A stretch of 64,000 nucleotides of DNA from Botryllus schlosseri (taxonomy: Eukaryota). A program made the translations under genes and the position numbers. Positions 13,016-24,600 of the stretch are shown piece after piece (positions within the stretch are counted from its first letter, which is position 1; the number at the start of each line of letters is the position of its first letter). Under the pieces are notes generated by a model. The model had not been told where the DNA came from and made no database searches. It saw nothing but the letters and a program-made list of their open reading frames with translations. The stretch is from contig CM119372.1 of assembly GCA_051294905.1 (NCBI GenBank), positions 14,696,001 through 14,760,000 on the forward strand, read 5' to 3'.

Positions 13016-14821
13016 CTAACGACTTGTGAAAATCTACAACCAACTAACTAGATTCAATTCCGAAGCAACAAATTTTATCAGGTCGGCTTCCACAGAAACG
13101 AATATGACGTGAGTGGTGTGAAATTACGAATAATCGAGGCGGAGAACTCTTTTACGCTCAATACACTATTTTTTAATGCTACACAAACTACGTTTGCGTA
13201 TTTTGATAAAAGTCGAGTCCGAGGCACACAAATGAAAGATATGAACGGCCTCTCTGGACGCAAAATCAGACGCCTCGACCTAGTTATGTTTAATAACTAT
13301 CGACTATGATATCTCCTACCATGGCCTACTAAAAACATGGCCATGCTCCTACTGACTTTACAATAAAAACAGAGAGGTCCCTAAATTACGAGTGATTGGG
13401 CCTTTACAACAGCTAATTTACAATGCTGCTTATCGCGAAACGAGGGAGTTTTAGATATCTCTGCACGAAACGAAGAAACGTGTTATATTTCAACGCAATG
13501 TTTATTAAACTTGTTCAGTAGGCCTACTTGTGATCAACTCAGTGAGCTGTCGTAGTCTTATGGTAGAAGGTACGAAAACAGTTGATCGGCTGGCACTGAA
13601 AGCTACAGAAGGAAGAGTGACTACGTTTACGGAAAATGTTCGTCTCCGAAACTCTAGATGTCACTGAAGAGTAGTCTGTGGTATGGTACTCTTGCGACTA
13701 TGAATAAATAGACTAGAAGCGCAACAAAACATCAAACGGAGGTAGCGTTGACTTTAGATATGTAAGCGTAGGTATGATAGTAAGCTGCGAGTACTGTTGG
13801 CTTATATGCATTTTGTGTCATCGTTACAGTAACGCGTCGATTGCGACTGAGCAGAGTGCCTACTGGTAGTAACAGCATATATTCCCGGAAGTGGATTGTA
13901 GATAGCAGACGGAAGTAGCAGCCGGTCATTTGCCTGTAGGGTACAGATATCTCATTTGAGATTTTAATGAATGGCTATAAGGTGTGATGATCCCTTTTGA
14001 TCGATTATCCTAAAAGAGTGAGCGAGTTTTTTTTAAATTGACATTCGTCGCAAATTCCATTGCCGCTACCAAAGCTATGGTTCAACTAATTCGTGTTGGA
14101 ATGCTACCTATGTCTGTAATAGGTTTTAGTTGAACTGCTTGAGCTCAAGAAAAATGAAAATTTATTGTTGATGCTACTTAATTTACCGGAAACCGTCAAT
14201 GTAAATTCAAAAGTGTATCAGATTCCATCGATGCTGTAAATGCGTAAAACGATGGGGATGAGACACCAGTATGAAATGAAATGACTTTAGAATTCGCTGT
14301 TTTTAGGTTTATTAAACATTATTTCACAAGTCATTTCCATTTCTAGGTTTAGTCGGTTAAAGGGCTACCTAGCAGTATGATTGATTGGGTGTGTATGTAC
14401 GTACAGTAGTAGCCTACACATAGGCTATGTGCTTCGTAATTACGAAGCGACATTAGGTTAAATAGACTGACTTTTACACATTTCCTGATATTCGCGACAT
14501 CCCTTTATTAATGTCCGATGCTGCCTACTTCATGTTCCACGATCGATATATATTCCACAGCACCCAAATCCGTGTCTTGAGTTTAAAATGAAATGGTTTC
14601 TGCGCATTCTATGTATCGATTTTGGCATTCTATGTATCGCGTACGATGAAGATATGTATTTCAGTTATCGAATATAAATATACAATATACATTTAATTAA
14701 TCTTTAATTTATACCCGGAGCTATCCCTACCTGACAATCTTTGCGAGGGTAGTAGGCAAGGCTCTGTTATCCCATTTACCAACTTTTTCGTTACTGCTTA
14801 TCAGATATGTACAACTGGGAC

Positions 14822-15237
14822 CGGTAGCATTTAAAACAATGATGTTTAAAACACGGCCCTTGCTTGAAATATTTTTTATCCACGTCACGAATCTTCTATT
14901 GTGACGCCACACTGGATTGAGAGTGATAAAAATGTTTACGACCCCTGTCGGACCAAACAGTATATTTACGGTCGGCGGTTATTATCATAACATCCATTCC
15001 GTTGCAGTGATATATAACTAAGTCCTATAACTGTTAAACCGATGACGATTTCGAGGCTTCCCACACAATTCCATCTCGTATATATAAGTCGACTAAATGT
15101 GGTGGAAATCGTCAGAATTCTCATACTGCACGCTTTTTCGAAAGTATTTACACAATTTTGACATACTTATACGACTTTCGAATAAAAACAACAATTGGCA
15201 TCTGGTTAAAATACCTCTTGTTTGAAATGCAACCCTA
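14822..15237. mobile_element. hAT MITE (TAGGGTTGCATTTAAAAC family)
   Basis: Right TIR GAAATGCAACCCTA, eroded left TIR, perfect TSD actgggac; homologous to 41351-41888, 48446-48865 and 63283-63639. Confidence 0.8.
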
Positions 15238-15606
15238 ACTGGGACATGGAACTTGCGATTGTGATGTTCCGATATTGCCTACATCGGGTATGATTGTTTC
15301 GTGCGCTTGAACACCAATTGCCTATATTAATATAGCGAAAATTCAAGAATTATATACAGGCGCAGTAGCTCGGGATGGTGTGAACGTTCGCCCCTCTTTC
15401 GTATTCGGAATTATCTTTGTGTTCACACGAACCAGAACCGTACGGGGGCTCGCGACATTCCAAGAATAGCACAAATTCAGCAATTTATCTTATGCAAGCT
15501 GTTGCAAATTCTCACTGGATGCATTTCTATTTCCGTATATGCAGAATTGTAGAGCGGCAGGCAATAAGCATATTCGCAAAACGCACGTGCGAAAACTGCC
15601 TGCAAC

Positions 15607-18600
15607 ATGGGTGAGCCAACCGTTACGCTAAACGGAAAGTAAGATGATGCAACGTCCAATGCTCTGAAGCATTCTAATTTATGAATTCCGTTAGGGCCCA
15701 GGATGGCGACATCGATAAGTCGTACGTTGAAATCGTCCCCGGATCTGGAGAGAAAGATTCTCCTAACCCGGAAAAGAAATCCAAGGAGCCAGTCGAAACC
15801 ATTCCTTATCACCAATTGGTGGGTGAATTTTTATTGCAAATGGTGCAATTCTAGATGTAATGTGATCCACTCGACGCTCTTTGCAGTATACGTTTGCCAA
15901 CGGCCTCGACTATTTTCTTATTATAATTGGAACACTGGCGGCTGCCGCCCACGGAACCGGTCTGCCTCTTATGTTTATATTCTTCGGCGACTTAACGAAT
16001 TCGTTCACCGACTACGGCAAGTACGCCGCTTGCAATTTCAATTACAGTCAGTGTGTGGCGCAAAACCTGTTTAATGGAACTGAACCGTAAGTATATAGTC
16101 CTAGTCGGCATGAATGTATTAATTTGTAGAGATACCTTCTTCATCTATTTCAAAATACTGCCCGTAACTGCCGCAATGTTGTAGTAACAGAATCTTGTTA
16201 GATGTTATTGACTTTTGCTGTTTATTTGGGTACATCTGGAATTCTAATGAATTCTGAACTAGAGAGTTCTGAGAGTATATAGCGACAGCTAATTCTTGAC
16301 TTTCAAGGCTGTTGCGGCTACTATACATTAGGGTTAGGCATGGTGTGAACCTCTGAAAGGTTCAGGTTCGTGTGACCGCGAACCTTTTAGAAAGGTTCTG
16401 TGTGAACGCGAACGTGAACCTCATGACGTCATATTGCTAATTCCAACCCTTCATTTCAGTAAAGTGATATACCGGTATATTTGTACACGATACCTAGCGA
16501 CTAGGGATGGTGTGAACCTCTGAAAGGTTCGGGTTCGTGTGAACGCGAACCTTTTTGAAAGGTTCTGTGTGAACACGAACGTGAACCTCGTGACGTCATA
16601 TTGCTAATTCCAACCCCATCTTTCAATGAAGTGATAGCCTATATTAATGTCCACGATACCTAGCGAAGACTCGGGCCACATAATGTCACATTGCTGAAGT
16701 ACATATTGGCGTTTTAAACGTCGCTAAATGTATCAACCGCGGTTATGAAGGCATATAATAATCTCATAAAATCAATACATTCCGTCGCTTTGCCAACAAT
16801 TTCGACGAGGACTTACCAGGGAATATAAGCTTACGCCTTAACGGTCTTTGACAGACCTGACAATGTGTTCGTAGTCTGAGTATTGCTACATTGATATTGA
16901 GCAGAGTATAAAACGGGTTTCTATACTCGCTACCGATACCATAAACAATAAGTTATATAGCAGTAGCCAGCACCTTAATCGCACGGATTTGGTTTTAATG
17001 ATACAGTAAGGATATGAAGTCAAGATTGACCCCGTACGCCCGCTCGATTGTTTACATCAGTAAACGATATCAATGTCATTGATTGGTTGAATAAGCATCA
17101 TTCGCTGACAACGTATATCGCTCGTGATGTTGTGTGATTGCGGGTCAAGCTCACAGCAGAGAGTCACTAAATATTCACAAACGGAAAGCTGGATATTTCG
17201 AGAAATTTTTTGCAACAAAAAAGCAAGTAAAACTTTTAATGTTGTCAAGGTGCATGCTTGTTTAGTGTTGAATTTTTATGCTGCCAGCGCCATGCATAGA
17301 GTGACCCGCAGTTGAATTGCATTATATATTTTAACCAAAGATCTTATAGTGAAGTCCAAATTACAATTTCCCAAAAAGGTTCACAGTGCAGAACCTATCA
17401 AGGTTCTGTTGTGAACGCGAACCTCTAAATTTCCGAGGTTCACACACAGAACGCGAACGTGAACCTCGCGTTCACACCATCCCTACTAGCGACGACTCGG
17501 GCCACGTAATGCCACAATGCTGAAGTAGGCTTACATATTGATGTTTTAAACGTCGCCAAATGTAACATCTGGAGCAATCAAATGATATGATAATCCCGTA
17601 AAATTAATATCTTCCTTCGCTTTGCCAACAATTTCGACGAGGACTTTGAAGAGAACATAAACCTACGCCTTGACGGTCTAGGCCAGACCGGACAATGTAT
17701 TCGGCGTCTGAGTATTGCTACGTTGATATTGAACAAAGTGTAAAACGGGTTTTACCCCATTAGCAAGTTATACAGCAGTAGCCAACACCCCAATCGCACG
17801 AATTTGGTTTTTATGATGCAATAAACATATGAAATCGAGATGGACCCCGTACTCTTGTTAGAATTTTTACATCAGACAACTATATCAATTTCATTGATTG
17901 GTTGAATAAGCATCATTCGCTGGCTACTTACATGTAGCGTATTTCGCTCTTGATGTTGTGTGATTTCAGATCAAGCTCACAGAATAGAGTCACTAAATTT
18001 TCAGAAACAGAAAGCTGGATATTTCGAGCAAACTTTTGTAACAAAGCAAGTAAAATTTTTGAGATTGTCAAGTTGCATGCTCGTTTAGTGTTGATTTTTT
18101 ATGTTGTCTGTGCCATGCATAGAGTGGCCCTTAGTTGAAATGGAATAAATTACCACCAAAGATGTTATAATGACGTGACAATTGTGATATATGAAAAAGG
18201 TTCCCACTGCAGAACCTACCAAGGTTCGTTCGTGAACGTGAACCTCTAAATTTCCGAGGTTCACACATAGAACGCGAACATGAACCTCACGTCCACACCA
18301 TCCATAATTAGGGTTACCATAGTCCTCCTTTAGGAGGATTTGTCCTTCTTTTTCAGGGAATTGAAAATGTCCTTCGAGGACGCCTAAATGTCCTCATTTT
18401 TGGCAAATCGTCCTCATTTACATCTTTTACAGCTAGGGTAATGGACAGGGTCAACTCAAAATCGGCATAAATGACGTGAAATAGGTAATACGGACGTTCG
18501 AGTGGGTCATTCGGGAACCGAATGAATGCGATGACCTTTTTTTAGTCAACACCAAGTCCAGTACATATATCGAAATCCTCTGTTTTCAATTTCGGACAAC

Positions 18601-21600
18601 TAACTTTTATGTTTTGGTAAAAGTGTCCTCCTTTGCCGACTCCAAAATATGGTAGCCCTAACTATGCAGGTACGGATTGTATGCAGAATCTATGTTTTGC
18701 AAGAGAAGCAATGGTTTATTACCGAACGAATATGAATCGTACTATTAAATCAGGTATATCTAGATGTGTGTTTTGTATGATTGTACGATGTACATTTTAC
18801 AATCATACATTGTACCTTGTTGCGACGGTTTCTGCAATGCAAATATATACAATGTAGGCTACAACGTATTATTACAGTACATGCACAATGCACATGCCCA
18901 TGCACATTACACAATTATGCATTGTACATTGTTGCAATGGTTATCGTAATGCAAGGTGCGACATAAAATATTCATTATTCATCATATTCATATGGCAGAA
19001 TTACAAGTTTTTTAACGCTGTGTAGTATATTTCAAAAAGAATAAAACCTATTTCGGCATCATTCAGAAGGCTTGCGGCATGATTTATAATGGTCATATTA
19101 TCTGGTGGCGAATTACACAATATTCAAACCGATGCCCGGTGATTAGCGAACTACTGCCGCACGTTTTTCAGGGATTTCAACACAGCAATAGCGAGTGCGT
19201 CAGATTTGACGGGGACTAGTGTCCAATACGTGTACTATTTTGTCTACATTGCCTGCGGAGTGTTCGTATGCGCTACTCTACAAGTCAGCACATACAGTTT
19301 CCAAGCTGTCAGGTGGGAGTGCCGTATTTGACTTCGGCCATCGTTGAATTGAATAAATTCGGAATTCGCTTTCAGACAGTCGAAACGCATACGGGTAGCC
19401 TACGTACGCAGCATATTGCGTCAGGATATCGGATATCATGACGTCACATCAGCAGGAGAGCTCAACGCTAGATTGGCTGAGTGAGATTTGATATTATCCT
19501 TATTCTTACCTCCCTACATAAGTTTTAGTGTTTGCGCGATTATTCAATTGGCGACTTCGGTTTCTCCAACTAGATTCGCGAAACTCACATATCTTTCCTA
19601 ATCGACATCACAGTCTTGTAGTTAAGTACGTGAAGGGTACATGGGTTTGATCAATCGCTTTTCATTCCATTGGGACTTTCATGGGTTTATCGTATGAGGC
19701 ATATTGCTATTTGCTGCATGCTTTGATTTAAATCACTCGTCGCTAAATCATTTGAATTTTAAATCCAGTGCCTTCTATAGAAATTATTACACGCTAATAC
19801 ATTAGTCTACACACGTATGAAGGCATGTAAGCCATGATGCGTTTTCTAGCGAATTAATCAACTGCACATTGTGACATCACCGAACATCTATACAATGTAT
19901 ATAGTATACATAGATGCGTTTATAGGTCATTATGCGACAAACCTAAGCACACAATTACGCTTGCAACGGTCATAATGAATTAGGTAAATCGTGATATTTG
20001 AATTATTTCCAAATATTCTCTCAACGCGACAAGGCTGTAAGGTGTAAGCGTATTATGTAATCTACATGATAAAGAACGTAGCTGGTTGGGTTTCTTTTGT
20101 GAGAAAGGGATACGCACAGTGTGCGTCGCACACTCGCCATCAATTGTGCTCAGTCATTCGGGAGACAAACGCGTGTAATCTATTCAACTTTAGGTTTATA
20201 GCTATATCTTCTCCCGAAGGCCGACACGCTGCTAGAGCGGAAGTAAGGCTGGAAATGATCTATGTATAATTTGTTATTTAGGTTTAGGTCATTTCAATCA
20301 AGTAAGACCGCACGAAAAATCACCTACACTTGCGTAGTAATGACCAATAGGGCAATAATTCCACAAGACCAGATGACTTTTAAAAACAATGAATTTATTC
20401 TCCTATCTGTAAATCAAAACGGTATAGTCGGTACCGTTATCGGTGTCGCTTTAAGGGCACGTGTGACCTATTGGTCGATGTCTTTTTCGTGATAACGGCG
20501 AGACTACGCACCTGGTCTTTTCACCTGCTGCCATCGTGCCACGCGTGTAACGCGTAAGTTCGTAAAACGTCACGGACATGTCCCGCGCAGCAAATTGCAT
20601 TGATCTGCTCAAAACGGCAGTGCATAATTATCCTTACTCGCGATTCCTAGACTATGTAAACACTGCTAGTGTACGGCATACGTTGAAGCGAACTGATTTG
20701 GCAAACAATACGTCTTTATCGCCAATGCTATCACCGTTTTGTCATTTTGTCATTTTGACAACGTATCGCAATAAAACATATCATTCGGTAATCCACTGGG
20801 ATTCATATCAAGTACGTTTTCTCAGAACTATTTGCAGAACCATCGACTTCATGTATCAACTCATACACAATCTACACTCGCCAACAAAAGGTTCGCAACC
20901 GCACTTCCACGAATATGTATGGGAATTTAAAAATGTTGAGCCATTGTGTACGCTGGTTTTTATCCAGTTCACGCCTGACTCCTCCCGTCACTTGAGACCC
21001 ACGGCTTGTGGATGCCGTTTGAATGTGATATGAGCATGACGTTTTAATTTTGAATAGTTTCGCGACTGCCATATTTCCCTTCACTTTGAGATTCATCGAC
21101 TCATTCGGTTATTATATTTTCATAGTTTCAAAACGACACTCAGGAAAAGATAAGCAGACACCTCGAAACGAAAGGCTATTAATCAAACACGCATATAGAT
21201 GCTAACGCCAATGGAACATATATTTCTATCGCCAAAAGTGACATCAAAACTGTCCGAAAAAAAGAAAGACACAATCACACCAACAGTAGTAGCAGCAGTA
21301 ATTAGATTCCAAGACGCTGGGAAATTTTCGGATGAATTTACCTTTGGATGCTACTTTTTCTATCGCAAAAGTGAAGCGAATTCGCACGAAATTCATCAAA
21401 CGCAAATACCTTTCCCTGCGCACACTGAAATATTGTCTTGTTCTCACGGCAAGAAACATTGTGCGGGCCATCAATAAAAATTATGCAGGCCAGCAAAAAT
21501 ACGACAGAAATTCCGAAGGTCAACGATGGCGAACGTATAGAGTGCGTGTGGTATGCGACGACCCGTGCCGGACTGCCGGTGCATAATATCTATCACCCAA

Positions 21601-24600
21601 GCGTATACGCTTTTGTTGATTCGCCGTCAATAACTGTTTGAATCAATGTAGTTGGCTCAGTTCACGATTCTATTTGTATCGTCACATTGATTCAACATAC
21701 AGTAAAATCGAATCGCTTTTACGGTCATTCAGTCTGCTTTTATTGTCAAGTCATGTGATCGTTCCCAACACCAGAAGGCATTGTATTGGGCATTGGGTGA
21801 AGAGTTCGCCTCTGCGAAAGTTATCTCGTGACTTTGGCTTGGTATCACTATTCGTGTAATCGAATCCGAATCGATTGGCCATTTTGATGATCCGAGCCGA
21901 GGATTGAGACGCGATGTTTTCCACTCTCAAAATTATCCGCCCCTTGCTGCTAGGAGACATTTTATCAACGAAAGGCTATGTCGCTATATTTTATTATCAC
22001 TGTCTAAAAAGCCTTGGCATTGCAATTGCCGTATTATATTATATCATGCCAAACATGTGGCACGAGTGTACGCTCGTTCATGGAGACGATATTTCTGTGA
22101 AGTACAGTAATTGTCATGCAGTATTATCACAGATACCTGTATCACAGGGTTGTTAAATTCGAAATTATTCTTGATCGAGTTTAGCTGATATTGTTTACTT
22201 ATTTGCGATCGAAAAACGCTACATATTTTGACGTCATAGTGCACGCCGTAACGCTCGATTTAGAATCGAATTACCCAGGTACTTGATTTTGCTCAGCCGT
22301 GTTATGGTCTGCAAATGTACATCACTTCAGTCTTGTGATAGTTCCGACACCCGAAGGCATTTTAGTTCGTACAATATCTTGGGTTAAGGGTTCACCTCTC
22401 CTAAATAGTACGATGTTGTGTTGTGCGATAGTGAACTCGTGACAAGGTCTACAAATGTGCAACGCGGAAATCATGTGATGGTTCCGAACACCCGAAGACG
22501 TTATAGTCCTTACACTATCCCTGGTGATATGTGCAGTGTGCACAAGCACATCCATTATCAGTGGCTCTTAATCTTTACTATCCTGGGGAACACTTTTCGC
22601 TTATCTGCAAGCCTTCGCGAACCCCAAATTACCGCTGCGTCATTTAAACAAAAATCTACCATAATACACATCTAATGCATTACTATAGATTACTGGTGCA
22701 CAAAATGAACTGTGCGTCGACAGAGTGTTAAAAGAGTATTTTCGACACAAAATAAAAACATTGAACATTTATTCCTAATCAGTAGGGTGATTTTTTCCCT
22801 AAAAACGTGAGATTTTGACATTTTTGACCTTAAAAAACTTAATTTTGACCAAATTTTGACCTCATGTATGCAAAGTAGGTGTTTTCGCACATAATGGAAT
22901 GATTCTACTACTTATCTCCATTTCTGGTTGGAACTGTCTGTCCTTACGAAGTAGTTTGGCCTGTAAAAACTTTATTTCTCCACATCGATGGTTGGGTTCG
23001 GAGCCAAGTCTCTCACGGACACGGTGGACTCTCTTCCATCTTCGTGGCGTATTAACGCGTACTTAGGATTCACATCAAGCAGCTCGACCGGATCGCAAAG
23101 CGGTTCAGACTTTGAGGATCGATGGAAACGTCGCAAGAGTACGGAGTCGGCGAAAAGTAACCAATCAGGAATCGAGGGTCCAATCATCGAGCGTCTAGGA
23201 AAACCAAAAAATCGTTCATGTGGTGTCACGTTAGTAGCTGTACAAAGCAGCGATCGCACGCTATGTAGCGCATCATTCAACACCATTTCCCACGCAGATT
23301 CCGGCAGCCGCTCCGTAGCAAGAATCAATTTGATAGTTCTCCAAATCGTTTGGTTGACGCGTTCACACTGAGAATTACCAGTGGGGTGATACGGAGTAGA
23401 CCTGCTAGTAGCGACACCACGTTTGGTTAAAAATGTAATCAAATCTCTGGAGATAAAAGAGCTTCCTCTATCGCTATGGATATATTCGGGAACTCCTACG
23501 AGCGAAAACAGCGTCTTCAAGTTGCGCATCACGGTTGGAGTTGACATATCACGACATGGAAACACAAAGGGAAATCGACTGTATTCATCCACAACAATCA
23601 ATAAAAACCTGTTTCTCCCAGCCACGGGGCCTTTGAAGTCCATACTGATGCGTTCCCATGGGCGAGTGGCTCTGACAAGTTTATGATGCTCGTTGTTGTT
23701 GAAAAACCTAGGCTTCAATTCGGAGCATTGTCTACAGTTACCACAAACCTTTTTGACGTCTTCCATTGAATAGGGTAGGTTTTTAGATTTAACAAAATGA
23801 CCCAACCTACGGATGCCCGGATGTCCCAAAATGTTGTGAAGTTCGCGTAAATCAGTGGACAAAGCCGTTAGACTGCAAATCCGAGAGATAGTGTCAGGCG
23901 CAATATTTTCTACACCTGGTCTGTGAACAATTTCGTATTCGAAAACACTAAGTTCCAGCTTCCACAGTGTCAATTTAGTATTTTTTATTTTACTGCGATG
24001 CTTTTTCTGAAAAATGAACGACAGGGCCTTTTGGTCAGTTATCAATCGGAATTTACGACCATGTAAAAGATACCCCCACTTTCTTATAGCATGCATGATT
24101 GCGGCTGCTTCTTTCTCGACAGCAGGATAATTTAGTTCACTTTTAGAAAATGTTCGCGATGCAAATGCCACAGGTCTACCTCGTTGACTGAGAATAGCAG
24201 CAATAGCGTTGTTAGACGCATCACATTCAATTTCAAACGGTTCAGATTCGTCAATATAACAAAGGGATGATTTTATCAAGTCTTCCTTCAGAACATTGAA
24301 TGAGGTCAGGGCAGGTCCACTCAGTGGAAAAACTGAATTGCTAAGCATTGGTTTGATTTTATCAGAAAAGCTTGGAATCCACTTTGAATAATATGCGAAC
24401 ATACCCAAGATCCTTTTCATCTCTTTATCCGATTTAGGGGGTGGCAACTCAATCAACGGTTTCAGATGATCTGGGTCGGGTTTAAAGGATCCGTGCGACA
24501 CCAGATGGCCCAATAGACGCAATTCACCCACGGTATAGACGGATTTCTCCTCGTTCAACGTTAGTCGACAATCAGATGCGGCTTTGAGAAAAGCTTGAAG

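Larger units (their letters stand above)
16329..18660. mobile_element. hAT MITE (TAGGGTTACCATA / GTCCTC family), split by two nested insertions
   Basis: Left TIR TAGGGT|TACCATA is interrupted at 16335 and resumes at ~18315; right TIR TATGGTAGCCCTA; approximate TSD actataca/actatgca. Inverted relative at 41148-42136. Confidence 0.75.

Noticed and set aside
13647..13672. Hammerhead ribozyme (GAAAC...GTC near CTGAAGA); also CTGATGAG near 52815
   Set aside because: Stem I cannot form between the cleavage triplet and CUGA, the second copy lacks CUGANGA, and the 52815 site has no matching GAAA or stems.
20440..21600. Possible decayed transposase or gene in intron 5
   Set aside because: Several overlapping short ORFs, but no recognisable motif or paired termini; BLASTx would be needed.
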